Below, piece after piece: positions 10,401 to 19,744 of a stretch of DNA of 56,025 nucleotides. The notes under the pieces are model-generated. The model did not search any database, was not told the origin of the DNA, and saw only the letters and a program-made list of their open reading frames with translations. The translations under genes were made by a program, and so were the position numbers. Source of the stretch: Treponema sp. Lineage in GTDB: Bacteria > Spirochaetota > Spirochaetia > Treponematales > Treponemataceae. The stretch is from contig JBAYAJ010000001.1 in NCBI GenBank assembly GCA_041669845.1, positions 1-56,025 of the forward strand, given 5' to 3'. Within the stretch, counting starts at the first letter, position 1; each line of letters starts with the position of its first letter.

Positions 10401-11156
10401 TACGGTGTATCGCAACTTTATCAACTTCGAGGACGTGTTGGTCGCAGCGATCGTAAAGCTTATGCATATTTATTCTATCCTCAAAATGTATCATTGTCAG
10501 AAGTCGCCATGAAACGTCTTAAAATTATAAGTGATTTTACAGAGCTGGGAAGCGGATTTAAAATTGCTATGAAAGATATGGAAATTCGTGGTGCAGGTAA
10601 TCTGCTTGGTAAAGATCAGTCAGGTGATGTTTATTCCGTTGGATTTGAGTTATATCTACGGCTGCTTAATGAAGCAGTAGAACGTCTTACTATGAAAAAG
10701 GACTATAAGATTCAAAATGAAGTACTTATGGAAATGGAATATACTGGATTTATTCCTGATTCCTACGTACAGAATACTCAAACAAAAATGGAAATATACA
10801 AAAAAATTGCATCCATTCAGACTGACGAGGAATTTTGTGGAGTTGTAGATGAATTGAACGATCGTTTTGGTCCTGTTCCTGACGAAGTATCAAGCCTTTT
10901 GTCCCTTGCAGAAATTCGAATTTTATGTAGAAAACTCAATATAAATTCAATAAAAGAACATCAAGGGGTTATAGGAATTTCATTTACAAAAGTTTCAGAT
11001 ATATCCGTTGATAAGGTTCTACGACTTATTAAAGAAAGTCCAGATACCATAGCACTCGATCCTATGCATCCAAATATGATTTTTTTGAAACTAGGAAAAA
11101 TTGGACTTAAAGAAAAGAGTGAATTTATTCGTGAAAAACTGGAAAAAATTGTATAG
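7485..11156 (+). CDS. mfd: Transcription-repair coupling factor
   Basis: UvrB-like GEFSLRGEVLDIF; CarD-like domain GDYVVHVEYGIG; CGDVGYGKT; DEEQRFG; SATPIPRT; QLRGRVGRS; TRCF C-terminus. Confidence 0.97.
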   Translation: MMNILSVNSIKTFIRTWTDVKNGIETLTNTSCTFPVIVRGLQGSMYSYFTAEYCEQAAQRAFLSYQYNTAGNKKKPQEKNRAFDSHAYDTLIVVPDESEADRLASDLATIFPEAETIILPWWGMVPYRPAAKGSSVFGTRAAALAKLAATNINGTLRKKLRIFILTQRVFQSPLPPPEHIRSHTFSLEKGQQINTIKTAEKLTTIGYIRVPRVSVRGEFSLRGEVLDIFSPGNDFPARIIFDFDTIENIKYFNSETQSTIGSIDNFLVVPMKEVIWDTSLTDFLRKKLTRYESTSVSDDDEAKNLVDSDVHLPFTKTAKEKLTEMLVELETEKETEGEELFYPILWDRKYSIADYVSPKSTIFFFDYDRLINAEESIMREYGGMYRRSRIELPVLPPYEMIMKFHTAVGAFSKCVFFRTLSQLSDTNVQKVDSGTTSDIVFACEPARSFFGNINFLKDELEKLQKDDWKIFIFANGENQSFRIKQILKDYTGIEQTDENTSYKYLNPVTVLPESVSEGFSIPDIKLLIIQENEIFGRRRYVPKSLHKVKSAAIDTFIELNPGDYVVHVEYGIGVFRGIERVKAVGNERDYIKLEYADSEYAFVPIEQVNMVQRYIGNEGESPKIDRIGSKNWENRKNKVQKAVEDLAQKLIDLYSRRKASPGFPFPKDTEWQASFEASFPYEDTPDQATVTEEVKRDMEKPVPMDRLVCGDVGYGKTEIAMRAAFKAVMGGKQVAFLAPTTILAEQHYETCIERFRNFPVKIAQLSRFVAPAEQRKTLTKLITGDVDILIGTHRIIQKDVVFKNLGLMIIDEEQRFGVKDKDKLKEMKANIDCLALSATPIPRTLHMSLLKIRDMSLLTTPPQNRQSIETVIEPFNDIRIAEAIRREVERGGQVFYLHNRVESLPETRRKLEMLLPEMLIDVAHGQMTSEQLDDIFRRFKMGGFHVLVSTTIIENGIDIPNVNTIIIDRADMYGVSQLYQLRGRVGRSDRKAYAYLFYPQNVSLSEVAMKRLKIISDFTELGSGFKIAMKDMEIRGAGNLLGKDQSGDVYSVGFELYLRLLNEAVERLTMKKDYKIQNEVLMEMEYTGFIPDSYVQNTQTKMEIYKKIASIQTDEEFCGVVDELNDRFGPVPDEVSSLLSLAEIRILCRKLNINSIKEHQGVIGISFTKVSDISVDKVLRLIKESPDTIALDPMHPNMIFLKLGKIGLKEKSEFIREKLEKIV

Positions 11157-11361
11157 AGAGTGAGTCGTTTTATTTCAAGAGAAATAATGGGAAAAATGGA
11201 CAGATATTAATATTGGTAGACAGAATATACATTATAGTAAGTTTAACAAGCTTTTCTAAATTAATGTAATGTAATGTATATATCATATCTCTTGTAGAAT
11301 TAATATGAATGCTTCTAAAAGATTGACAATCATTTAACGAATAAGTCATGTTATAATATTA

Positions 11362-12138
11362 TTAAGATTTTAAATTATTTTCATCCGTGGTTGTAAATAT
11401 AAGTTTTTTTCCAGTAAGAGGATGTGGAAAACAAAGCATGATTCCTTCAAAATGCAATATCTGTTCTTTATTCGTAAAATTTGTAGAAGAAAAATTATAC
11501 AGTCTGTCACCTAAAACAGGAAGGCCAAACCATGCAAGATGGCAGCGGACTTGATGACGATAACCGGCCGTAATTTTGCATTGAACTTTTACAAATTCTC
11601 CTTCAACTTTTTCTATTGCAATTTTTGTACAATATATTGCTGTTCCCCCCTTACGTTCTGCGGACATCCCTGATTCAGGAGTTACAGGACGTACCTGTTT
11701 GTGTCCTTCTCCAAATGGTCTGAATGTAGACCTTGCAATAATTTCTTGACCATTAAACATATTCATCATAACAGGAACAGGCGGAAAACCTCCGAGCGAG
11801 CCTGCATTCTCCACGTTCTGCACACAGATGGCACTGTATATCTTCTCAAAATTACCATTCTTCTGTGATTTACATAATTCGTCATATGCCAGCTGAGTAG
11901 ACGCTATAGCCAAAAGTCCACTTGCATCATTATCAAGCCGATGAATCAAGCCATGTTCTATTTCTTTTTTTCCGTGAACACTTAAAATTTCCGGAAATAA
12001 ATCAGCCACATAACAGAATGCGTTGTTTCTATCGTCCTCAGTAAGCGGTGCAGATGGCATTCCGTGTGGCTTAGACAAAATAACAAAAGGATCTTTCTTT
12101 GTAGGCATATGCAGTATTTTTATATTATTTTCATTCAT
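11362..12138 (-). CDS. RluA-family pseudouridine synthase (no S4 domain)
   Basis: SKPHGMPS, IHRLDNDASG, GYRHQVRCH, PVLGDRLY. Confidence 0.9.
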   Translation of the reverse strand: MNENNIKILHMPTKKDPFVILSKPHGMPSAPLTEDDRNNAFCYVADLFPEILSVHGKKEIEHGLIHRLDNDASGLLAIASTQLAYDELCKSQKNGNFEKIYSAICVQNVENAGSLGGFPPVPVMMNMFNGQEIIARSTFRPFGEGHKQVRPVTPESGMSAERKGGTAIYCTKIAIEKVEGEFVKVQCKITAGYRHQVRCHLAWFGLPVLGDRLYNFSSTNFTNKEQILHFEGIMLCFPHPLTGKKLIFTTTDENNLKS

Positions 12139-13148
12139 TTCAAACTATCAGGAACAATCCGGGGATATTTTTTTCTTAAAATTTCAATTACATTTTTGAA
12201 ACGTTCAGGTATGTCAGCACGAAATATTTTAAATTTTTTGTTATCCGGAAGCCTTATAATCAATTCACGTGCATGAAGCATAAGAGTTGCATCAGGAAAG
12301 AGTTCATCTTTTTTTCCATATATGGAATCTCCCAAAACAGGACAACCTATATACTTCATGTGTACACGAATCTGATGAGTTCTGCCAGTCTTTAAACGTA
12401 TCCGCAAAAGTGAATAATTTCCGTAACATGCAAGGCAATGATATAATGTTTCCGCAGACTTCCCTTCCTCAGTTCCTGTCACAGCCTTATATCGCTTTCG
12501 ATTTTTTGGGTCTCTTATAATTTGTGTACGAATGTCGCCGGCGGATGCCGGTGGTCTGCCGCGTACAATAACAATATATTCTTTACGCAGCTTATGCAAT
12601 TTAAACTGAGATTGAAGCCATTCTTCTGCATCTCTGTTTTTTGCAGTAATAATAACACCAGATGTATCTTTGTCCAGACGATGTACTATTCCCGGTCTCC
12701 TTGCTGCAAGCATTTCTGAAACATTACCGTCCTTTATCTGTACAACAGAAGATCTTCCCCAATGATATAACAAAGCATTTACGAGTGTACCAGACCAATT
12801 GCCAGATGCAGGATGAGTCACCATACCCTGTTTTTTATTTATTACAGTAATATTTTCGTCTTCATAAATAATATCTAAAGGAATATTTTCCGGCATTATA
12901 TCGTCGGGAATATTATCCTCCCATTCTATATCTATCTGATCCCCTGCTTTTACTTTGAATGAAATCTTCTCACGTTTACCATTAATGAGTATCTCAGAAA
13001 CACCAGCTTTTAATTTTGAACGATTCATACCGTTCGAAAGAGATGCAATATATTTATCAAGGCGTACAGAGCCACAAAAATCGTCAGAAACTTTAGCGCT
13101 GAAAAATGGCATTCTATTCTCCGGTAAAATTGCCTTCGAGATTATCAC
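12135..13148 (-). CDS. rluD: RluD-like pseudouridine synthase (S4 plus RluA domain)
   Basis: RLDKYI S4 domain; NKKQGMVTHP; GIVHRLDKDTSG; TGRTHQIRVH. The true start may be ~13109. Confidence 0.85.
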   Translation of the reverse strand: MIISKAILPENRMPFFSAKVSDDFCGSVRLDKYIASLSNGMNRSKLKAGVSEILINGKREKISFKVKAGDQIDIEWEDNIPDDIMPENIPLDIIYEDENITVINKKQGMVTHPASGNWSGTLVNALLYHWGRSSVVQIKDGNVSEMLAARRPGIVHRLDKDTSGVIITAKNRDAEEWLQSQFKLHKLRKEYIVIVRGRPPASAGDIRTQIIRDPKNRKRYKAVTGTEEGKSAETLYHCLACYGNYSLLRIRLKTGRTHQIRVHMKYIGCPVLGDSIYGKKDELFPDATLMLHARELIIRLPDNKKFKIFRADIPERFKNVIEILRKKYPRIVPDSLK

Positions 13149-13680
13149 TTATACCAGAATTCGACTGATTTTCCGATATTTTATTCTGATCAGAAGAAGG
13201 TGGAGAAAGTTGTATTTGAATGGCATCTTTATCCTGTTCAACAGGTTTTATCATAATAGGAGCGGTATTTTCATTATGTTTCTTATATTGAACAATATTA
13301 CGACGTATAATATTAACAATAAGATCTGTAAGACCAATTCCTACGCTTATACCGATCGAAGTAAGTAAAATTGTTTTCTGCTCATCTTCCGTAAAACCGT
13401 TACTATCCGAGGTTTTTGCAAACGGATTCGGAACATAATCAGACGAAAAATCATGCTGACTGTACCGTACAAAAGAATAACCTAATGTTGTGTTAAGCGT
13501 AACAAAAGGCATTGCACCGAAAGTTATTATTTCAGTCCGGCGTGCATCCTTCATAAATTGAGGAAATTCATCATTTGTATATGGTTCAGGTGTAGTACTC
13601 GTCGTGTCATCGGCAGATAATAATGATATAAATATGCACAAAGAGAGAAATATCAGTATTGTTTGCCGCATTTTTTTCAT
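13114..13680 (-). CDS. Hypothetical membrane/exported protein
   Basis: Signal-like N-terminus and two hydrophobic segments; coupled to yggS. Confidence 0.75.
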   Translation of the reverse strand: MKKMRQTILIFLSLCIFISLLSADDTTSTTPEPYTNDEFPQFMKDARRTEIITFGAMPFVTLNTTLGYSFVRYSQHDFSSDYVPNPFAKTSDSNGFTEDEQKTILLTSIGISVGIGLTDLIVNIIRRNIVQYKKHNENTAPIMIKPVEQDKDAIQIQLSPPSSDQNKISENQSNSGISDNLEGNFTGE

Positions 13681-14396
13681 GACGTGGGATACTCCCTCTC
13701 TCCAAATATTGCTGTACCTATACGTACTTCTGTCGAACCTTCTTCAATTGCTATGCGGTAATCTCCTGACATTCCCATCGACAAAGTTTTCATAGAAAAC
13801 TGAGGAAATTCCTGGTTAATTTTTTCTGCAGTTGTCCGCATAGTCGAAAAAGATGTATGAATTACTTTTTCATCCTGAGTAAAAGGTGCCATAGTCATAA
13901 AACCAGAAGGAATTATATGAGGAGATTTACCTTCAGCACAATAAGCGACAGCTTTCTCCAGACTTTCATAGGAAGTAAATCCCGATTTTGATTCCTCCCC
14001 GGTATGATATTCAAATAATATACGTATCGTTTTATTATTATTTAAACAATATTTCTCTATTTCCTGAATTAACTCTAATCTGTCAACAGACTCAATACAC
14101 GAACAAATCTGTACTGCATGTCCAACTTTATTCTTCTGCAGTGTACCGATAATATGCAATTCGGTTTTCGGATATGTCCTGTAAATTTCCTCAAATTTTG
14201 AAAACGCTTCCTGAACACGATTTTCACCAAACATCATCTGTCCTGCTTTTATTGCATCTATTACAGATTCAACCGGATGGAATTTACTCACTGCAAGAAG
14301 TTTAACACTTCCGTTATCCCTTCCTGATAAGCGTTCCGCATCAGAAATAATATTCTTTATTTTTTCAAGATTTGTTCTGATATTGACACAGTTCAT
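13677..14396 (-). CDS. yggS: PLP homeostasis protein YggS
   Basis: LLAVSK, FGENRVQE, HIIGTLQKNK, LSMGMSGDY, VRIGTAIFG. Confidence 0.95.
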   Translation of the reverse strand: MNCVNIRTNLEKIKNIISDAERLSGRDNGSVKLLAVSKFHPVESVIDAIKAGQMMFGENRVQEAFSKFEEIYRTYPKTELHIIGTLQKNKVGHAVQICSCIESVDRLELIQEIEKYCLNNNKTIRILFEYHTGEESKSGFTSYESLEKAVAYCAEGKSPHIIPSGFMTMAPFTQDEKVIHTSFSTMRTTAEKINQEFPQFSMKTLSMGMSGDYRIAIEEGSTEVRIGTAIFGEREYPTS

Positions 14397-14398
14397 AG

Positions 14399-15262
14399 TT
14401 ATAGTATATCAGCATTCAATATGTCAGACAACTCCAGTAGTTTCTTAACTGTAAGTGATTCTGCACGTACGGAATGATTGATATTTGCCTTCTCAAGAGC
14501 AGAGACAGCTCTATCCGCATCCGACAAAAACATAGTCAGATTATTCTTGATATTTTTTCGCCGTGATATAAATAATGCACGTTGCATTTTCATAAACAAT
14601 GATTTATTTTTGCAACAGGGAAAATCACTTTTTCGTTTCATGACTACTGCTCGCGAATCTACGTTCGGTCTAGGCCAAAAATTTCCAGCCGATAAATCCA
14701 TAAAAGGATAAATATCATATGCCCACTGACATAATATCGAAAATGACGAGTAGTCATTTGTATCAGGAAGTGCTGCCATACGCTGTGCAACTTCTTTCTG
14801 AACAGTGACTATAACTTTGTCAAAGCGGACATCCTGCTCAATTGTATCAGCAATTAAAATCGCAGCAATATTGTATGGAAGATTCCCGAAAAAAAACTGA
14901 GGTTTACCGTATTCTGTCAAAACACTTTTCCATGTTTTAAGAACGTCTCCCTCTATAATTCGAAGTTTTTTCTTTTCCAGATACGAATTAAAAAATTCTT
15001 TAAGCATCCGGATAAAACCTCTGTCTATCTCAAAGACTGTAACGTTTCCTCCTCGTATAAGAAGTTCTTCCGTCATCGAACCAAGTCCAGGGCCTACTTC
15101 CCAAACACTCACCCCCTCAGAAATCCCAAGCTGATCTATAAGTTTTTTCCTTGCCGTTGCATTTATCAAAAAATTCTGCCCGAATTTTTTCTGCATCGAC
15201 ATTCCCGTGCTGTCAAGCAAAGCTTTTAATGCCGTCGGAGAATTATAATCTGGACGTTCCAT
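14399..15262 (-). CDS. rsmA: 16S rRNA dimethyladenosine transferase
   Basis: KKFGQNFL, EVGPGLGSMT, FEIDR, GNLPYNI, QKEVAQR, FWPRPNVDS. Confidence 0.96.
   Translation of the reverse strand: MERPDYNSPTALKALLDSTGMSMQKKFGQNFLINATARKKLIDQLGISEGVSVWEVGPGLGSMTEELLIRGGNVTVFEIDRGFIRMLKEFFNSYLEKKKLRIIEGDVLKTWKSVLTEYGKPQFFFGNLPYNIAAILIADTIEQDVRFDKVIVTVQKEVAQRMAALPDTNDYSSFSILCQWAYDIYPFMDLSAGNFWPRPNVDSRAVVMKRKSDFPCCKNKSLFMKMQRALFISRRKNIKNNLTMFLSDADRAVSALEKANINHSVRAESLTVKKLLELSDILNADIL
14403..14431 (-). promoter_or_regulatory. Putative sigma70 promoter for yggS inside the rsmA 3' end
   Basis: TTGTCT-17 bp-TATACT with extended TG, 6 nt before the ATG. Confidence 0.6.
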
Positions 15263-15279
15263 ACTTATTCCTTATTTTC

Positions 15280-16545
15280 CTATATTTGAATTGATATTCC
15301 CGGTATATATGAAAATACCACAACAATTATTTTTATAACAGAATATACACTATTTAAAACAATTCCTGCAGGTATGGCACACACCGGGAAAAACAGACAG
15401 AGAATAATAAACAAAAGCCCTATATAAATAAATATTGTAATAAAAGGTGACACAACGACCGATGCTATAATTCCCCCTGGGAAAAAAGTCCCAAACAGTT
15501 TAAGTGATACAGGCGTTGTAAAAGTCTGAGCAGCAACAGCTGTGGAAAGGCTGGAAGAAATACAACTGGGAAATATATATGACAGCTTACCATTAATTAA
15601 TTCCTTAAAAAGAAATATTCCACCCATAGCACCATAAGAAAGCATGAATGAAGCGTTCATACAATCAGAGGGAACTACAGCAATATGACAAAGAAATGCA
15701 GCAGACAATACAGATAGCATGTCGATTTTTTTTATTCCACATAACGACAAAATCATTAAACCGATACTACAGAAAAAAGCCCTCCGCAGAGAAGGAGAAA
15801 ATCCTGCAAACCAGACAAACAATAAAATCGCACATACCTGAAAAACCTGAGCAGCTTTCTTTCCGCATATGCCATACCCTGCATAAACTGCAAGATCTGA
15901 AAAAATAGAAAGATGCATGCCAGACAATGCCAGAATATGCGACAAGCCTGCATTTCTGAAAGCATCTACCGTCTGTTGTTCAGTATACTCTTTTATTCCA
16001 GAAAGCAATGCGAGGAGGAATCCTCCTGCAGCTCCCCATGCATACATAAGCCGTCTGAACTGAACACGGAACAACGCACGTACGTGAGTAATTTTTCCAG
16101 CCGTTGTACAAGGAAAACCTTTCGAACAACCGCTGTCTGCAAAAAAAATATCGTCATCTCCCGTTCTACCGGATAATTCCGCAATAGCTCCATTTTCACA
16201 AATGAGTGTTCCTTTTTTGCAGCCTTCGGAATAAAGCTTTCCCGGAAAATATGCTTCCACCATACTGCTGTCAATCATAACAGAAAGTATACCAGAACAT
16301 GTACTTACAATTCCATTTGAAGTTCTAACAAATTTAGGTTCAAACTGCAACAAATATTTCTGCGTCCGTGACGATTTTACTGGATTTGAAACTATTTTCC
16401 CTTTCATAAAAATGATATCAGACGGAGATACAGTAGAGCTGAAATGCCTTTTGTTTCTTACAGAAATACTACCAGAATATACTGCTGTGGCACAAATGAG
16501 TGCACCAAAAACAAGAGGATTTTTTACAATTCGAAAAATTACCAT
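15280..16545 (-). CDS. comEC: ComEC/Rec2-family competence membrane protein (no beta-lactamase domain)
   Basis: FRNAGLSHILALSGMHL, GFSPSLRRA, SFMLSY; multiple TM segments. Confidence 0.85.
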   Translation of the reverse strand: MVIFRIVKNPLVFGALICATAVYSGSISVRNKRHFSSTVSPSDIIFMKGKIVSNPVKSSRTQKYLLQFEPKFVRTSNGIVSTCSGILSVMIDSSMVEAYFPGKLYSEGCKKGTLICENGAIAELSGRTGDDDIFFADSGCSKGFPCTTAGKITHVRALFRVQFRRLMYAWGAAGGFLLALLSGIKEYTEQQTVDAFRNAGLSHILALSGMHLSIFSDLAVYAGYGICGKKAAQVFQVCAILLFVWFAGFSPSLRRAFFCSIGLMILSLCGIKKIDMLSVLSAAFLCHIAVVPSDCMNASFMLSYGAMGGIFLFKELINGKLSYIFPSCISSSLSTAVAAQTFTTPVSLKLFGTFFPGGIIASVVVSPFITIFIYIGLLFIILCLFFPVCAIPAGIVLNSVYSVIKIIVVVFSYIPGISIQI

Positions 16546-17714
16546 TTAAGCCTCGCGAGCGCATCGCGAGCGGCGGCTATAACATTTTCAGGATAATTTA
16601 CATACGTAACATATAACAGAGAATCAAATGAAGACTTGTCGCCTATTGCTCCGAGCGCATTGATTACTGCAAGCACAACTTTATCACTCAATTTAGTTCC
16701 GTTTTCGGTCTGCTTGTTCAACTCCATCAAATATGTCGAAAGGACTGATGAACTGTCAATAGGTGCAACGTTAGCAACACCGTTTATGACTTCTGCAAAT
16801 TCATCGTCAGTCATAACTTCTGCAATATATTCACGCTTTGCAAGGTTAAAGAAAGAAATCATTACTGATGAAGAACGGGTCCATTTTAACTGAGAAATAA
16901 TGCGCATTGAGTCAAGCTGAATACTCACAGTTTCTTTTGTCACAGTTGAAGAGTTGTCTGCTAAATATATAGTCTCGGAGAGCACATTTTCAGCGATTTC
17001 TGCTTTAAAAGATGAAGAATTTTGACTATTTCTGCAAAAAAGATCAAACAACAGGCGTATAGTCTTGGTATTTCCATCCTGAATAATACCAATTATCTGT
17101 GGAATTGATTTATCAGCAAGAAGAGAAAGTGAATTGTTCATCTCTGTCGTATACTGAGGCCATTTTTGCTGCGAAACACAGTCATAAATAACTGAAAAAG
17201 ACTGACTGTCTCCTATCGTTCCCAGTGTATTAACAGCAGCTTTTATTACCTCATTATCAGGAGTGGCACCATCAGAGTTCTGCAGAAAATCATTGAGCAT
17301 CTGCACAAAAGAACCAAGTGGAACGGCATCCTTAAGTATCGCCGTTTTGTTTATAACAGCAATTCTGACTGTATCACTGGCAAACTCCGTAAATAATTGT
17401 CCAAACTTATTAACAAGAGCATTCTTCATATTTTGATCATATGATGCAACAAATGCGGACGGTAATGCAAGCACTCCGGCAACTGCAAGACCGTCAAGAT
17501 CGCGGTCGTCTCCAAGCTCAGCTTTATTTGCGAGAGCAAAATCAATCGCAGCATTTGCAAGATCAGCAGCTTCGCTGTCATCAGAAGCTTCCCGTACAGC
17601 CGCAGTCTTTTCGCTTATATTTCCTTTAATAAACTTTATCCGTCCGTTACTACCCGCATATAATACACATATATATGCTGCGTATATCATCATAACTGAA
17701 ATAATTTTTCTCAT
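16539..17714 (-). CDS. Exported HEAT-repeat protein
   Basis: Signal-like N-terminus; repeats AAVNTLGTIGD and AVINALGAIGD. Confidence 0.8.
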   Translation of the reverse strand: MRKIISVMMIYAAYICVLYAGSNGRIKFIKGNISEKTAAVREASDDSEAADLANAAIDFALANKAELGDDRDLDGLAVAGVLALPSAFVASYDQNMKNALVNKFGQLFTEFASDTVRIAVINKTAILKDAVPLGSFVQMLNDFLQNSDGATPDNEVIKAAVNTLGTIGDSQSFSVIYDCVSQQKWPQYTTEMNNSLSLLADKSIPQIIGIIQDGNTKTIRLLFDLFCRNSQNSSSFKAEIAENVLSETIYLADNSSTVTKETVSIQLDSMRIISQLKWTRSSSVMISFFNLAKREYIAEVMTDDEFAEVINGVANVAPIDSSSVLSTYLMELNKQTENGTKLSDKVVLAVINALGAIGDKSSFDSLLYVTYVNYPENVIAAARDALARLKW

Positions 17715-19004
17715 TTATACCTCGTTCAGTATATCATCATTTGAAACTGTTTCAGCTGCATTTACTGCAGTCGGTTTATTACTATTAAACCTGACATCTT
17801 CTTCTTTTTTTGAATATAATTGTGTTTCCTGAGGCAAATCAGGCGAAAAATCATCTGCCGAATTCTCTTTTTCCAAGTTCCCTTCAGAGTTCTGTTCTCT
17901 TATATTGTTCAGCTTATTATCTTCACTGCTGTTTTTTATTTTTTTATCAGCCTCATCTCCACTCTCGCTCTGATCTTCATTTGTAAGAGAAATTGCATCA
18001 TAAATTTCTTTTTGTTCCTGCGGCATGATGTTGTAAACAAAGCTCAGTACCTCGTTTTTCATCTGTGGTTCAATATGAATACATTCAAAATGAAGACGAG
18101 ATTGATTGATTGTTTCATTATATTCAATTGTACGAACAACACCAAACATAACAATAAGTTTATCTTCAAGAGTAAATTGAAGTTTTATCTGTATGTTCGG
18201 TACACCTTTTCCGCCAATCCGGACCATCGCACCAGACTCTGAAATATCTTCAATAAGGCAACGATAACCTGCTTTAGTTTCAACTGCATTATAATTAATT
18301 ACACGGTCTTTGATAATAAACAGACTTGCATAAATCCGGCACTTTACTCGGACACTGTTTCTTTTTTGAGTACGGAGCAGTTTATCTGTATGCCGCAGAT
18401 AAAGAGACGGCTTTCCCAGAAAAAGTCCTTCCCCCAAAACGATAGTATCAAAAACATACCGGGCATCACCTTTTCGCCACAGATACACATTTATTGTTTT
18501 TCCTATCCAATCATTTCCCTCTACTGGAATCATACCTTTCTGCGTAGGAACACTAATCGTCAATTCACGAGCATTGTTCACAATCCGGGAAAAGAATACA
18601 CCTTTTCCCGGAAGAATAATTCTGAGACGTTGATCCTTATCAAGCGAATGAGTAGATTCTAATCCTTTTTTTTTATCTGCTTCTTTTTCTATTTTCGTAC
18701 GGTATGAATATAGTTTTGTAAGAAGACGCTGCGAATAAGAAAAAGTCATTTTACCGATATTACGGTCTGCATCAGTCTTTATCTGTGAAATACATCGAGT
18801 TAAAGAAGCGAGAGACCAATACAGAGAAAGAGGCTGCGCTATATTACAGATTATTGCTGTTTTCCAAAGCAAACTGATTTCAGAGAATGTAAATTTCGAA
18901 TCAAAACCTGTCAGAAAAAACTTTATTTTATCGTGATAAATCCGGCAGAGTTTTACTGCAACAGCAATAATTACAGTTGCAATTATTATTCCAACAATAT
19001 ACAC
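17715..19004 (-). CDS. Membrane-anchored PilZ-domain (YcgR-like) protein
   Basis: N-terminal TM; QKRNSVR (RxxxR) and DISESG (DxSxxG); acidic tail. GTG start at 19004 after GAGG. Confidence 0.85.
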   Translation of the reverse strand: MYIVGIIIATVIIAVAVKLCRIYHDKIKFFLTGFDSKFTFSEISLLWKTAIICNIAQPLSLYWSLASLTRCISQIKTDADRNIGKMTFSYSQRLLTKLYSYRTKIEKEADKKKGLESTHSLDKDQRLRIILPGKGVFFSRIVNNARELTISVPTQKGMIPVEGNDWIGKTINVYLWRKGDARYVFDTIVLGEGLFLGKPSLYLRHTDKLLRTQKRNSVRVKCRIYASLFIIKDRVINYNAVETKAGYRCLIEDISESGAMVRIGGKGVPNIQIKLQFTLEDKLIVMFGVVRTIEYNETINQSRLHFECIHIEPQMKNEVLSFVYNIMPQEQKEIYDAISLTNEDQSESGDEADKKIKNSSEDNKLNNIREQNSEGNLEKENSADDFSPDLPQETQLYSKKEEDVRFNSNKPTAVNAAETVSNDDILNEV

Positions 19005-19063
19005 AAATGCCTCAGTAGTATATACTTTAGCACAAGTCTTTGTTTTTTCATAGTGCAATAGTT

Positions 19064-19744
19064 ATGGATAAAAAATCATTTACAGACATACTGTTTTTTT
19101 CTCTTATTTTCTGCCTTGTCATTTTGCCTCCATTGTTCGTTAATAATGCTGCTACAGAAATATTTACTACATGGTCATTTCCATCTCAGCAAATTATCTA
19201 TGCTTATATAGCAGGAATGATTCTATGGGCCTTTTATATGAAAAACGACCAACAAAAAAGAAAAAAAACAGTAAAAAATATCACATTTTTCATCAACTCA
19301 GGATATACGCTCGTTACATTCGGTTTGCTTTGTACTATAGCTGCAGTTACAGAACTTTTTTCTCACCTTACGGGGCTTCAGCCGTCTGTAATACCTGTAC
19401 GCCCAGTATCTATGTTACAGTATTTTTTTTGTATTCTGGATTTTGCTGCGGCATCATTTTTTGAAGAAGTACTCTATCGTTTGTATCTTCCCGATATGCT
19501 GTTCAGATTTATTTCTCACATTCCCCTGCTTACTTTTCGCTCTTCTAAAATTATAAGTGAAAGCGCGGTTGTAATTATTTTTGCATTTTCACACCGCTAT
19601 CTAGGAGCGGCATCTGTCGTCAACGCAGCTATTGCCTGCATCATTCTGCGGATATGCTGCAAAAAAAGCGGTTCCGTCTGGACAAACACAGCAGCACATT
19701 TTGCCTATAACATACTTTCGCTGATTCTTTTTACAGTAGCATGA
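19064..19744 (+). CDS. CPBP (CAAX protease-like) intramembrane metalloprotease
   Basis: EEVLYR, FAFSH and HFAYN motifs; TM segments. Confidence 0.88.
   Translation: MDKKSFTDILFFSLIFCLVILPPLFVNNAATEIFTTWSFPSQQIIYAYIAGMILWAFYMKNDQQKRKKTVKNITFFINSGYTLVTFGLLCTIAAVTELFSHLTGLQPSVIPVRPVSMLQYFFCILDFAAASFFEEVLYRLYLPDMLFRFISHIPLLTFRSSKIISESAVVIIFAFSHRYLGAASVVNAAIACIILRICCKKSGSVWTNTAAHFAYNILSLILFTVA

Noticed and set aside
11262-11278. TAATG x3 microrepeat in the mfd-rluA intergenic gap
   Set aside because: Too short and low-complexity to support a function.
11323-11357. Perfect TTGACA and TATAAT hexamers pointing antisense into the RluA-family gene
   Set aside because: The spacer is 23 bp, too long for sigma70, and the region is very AT-rich with no downstream plus-strand gene.
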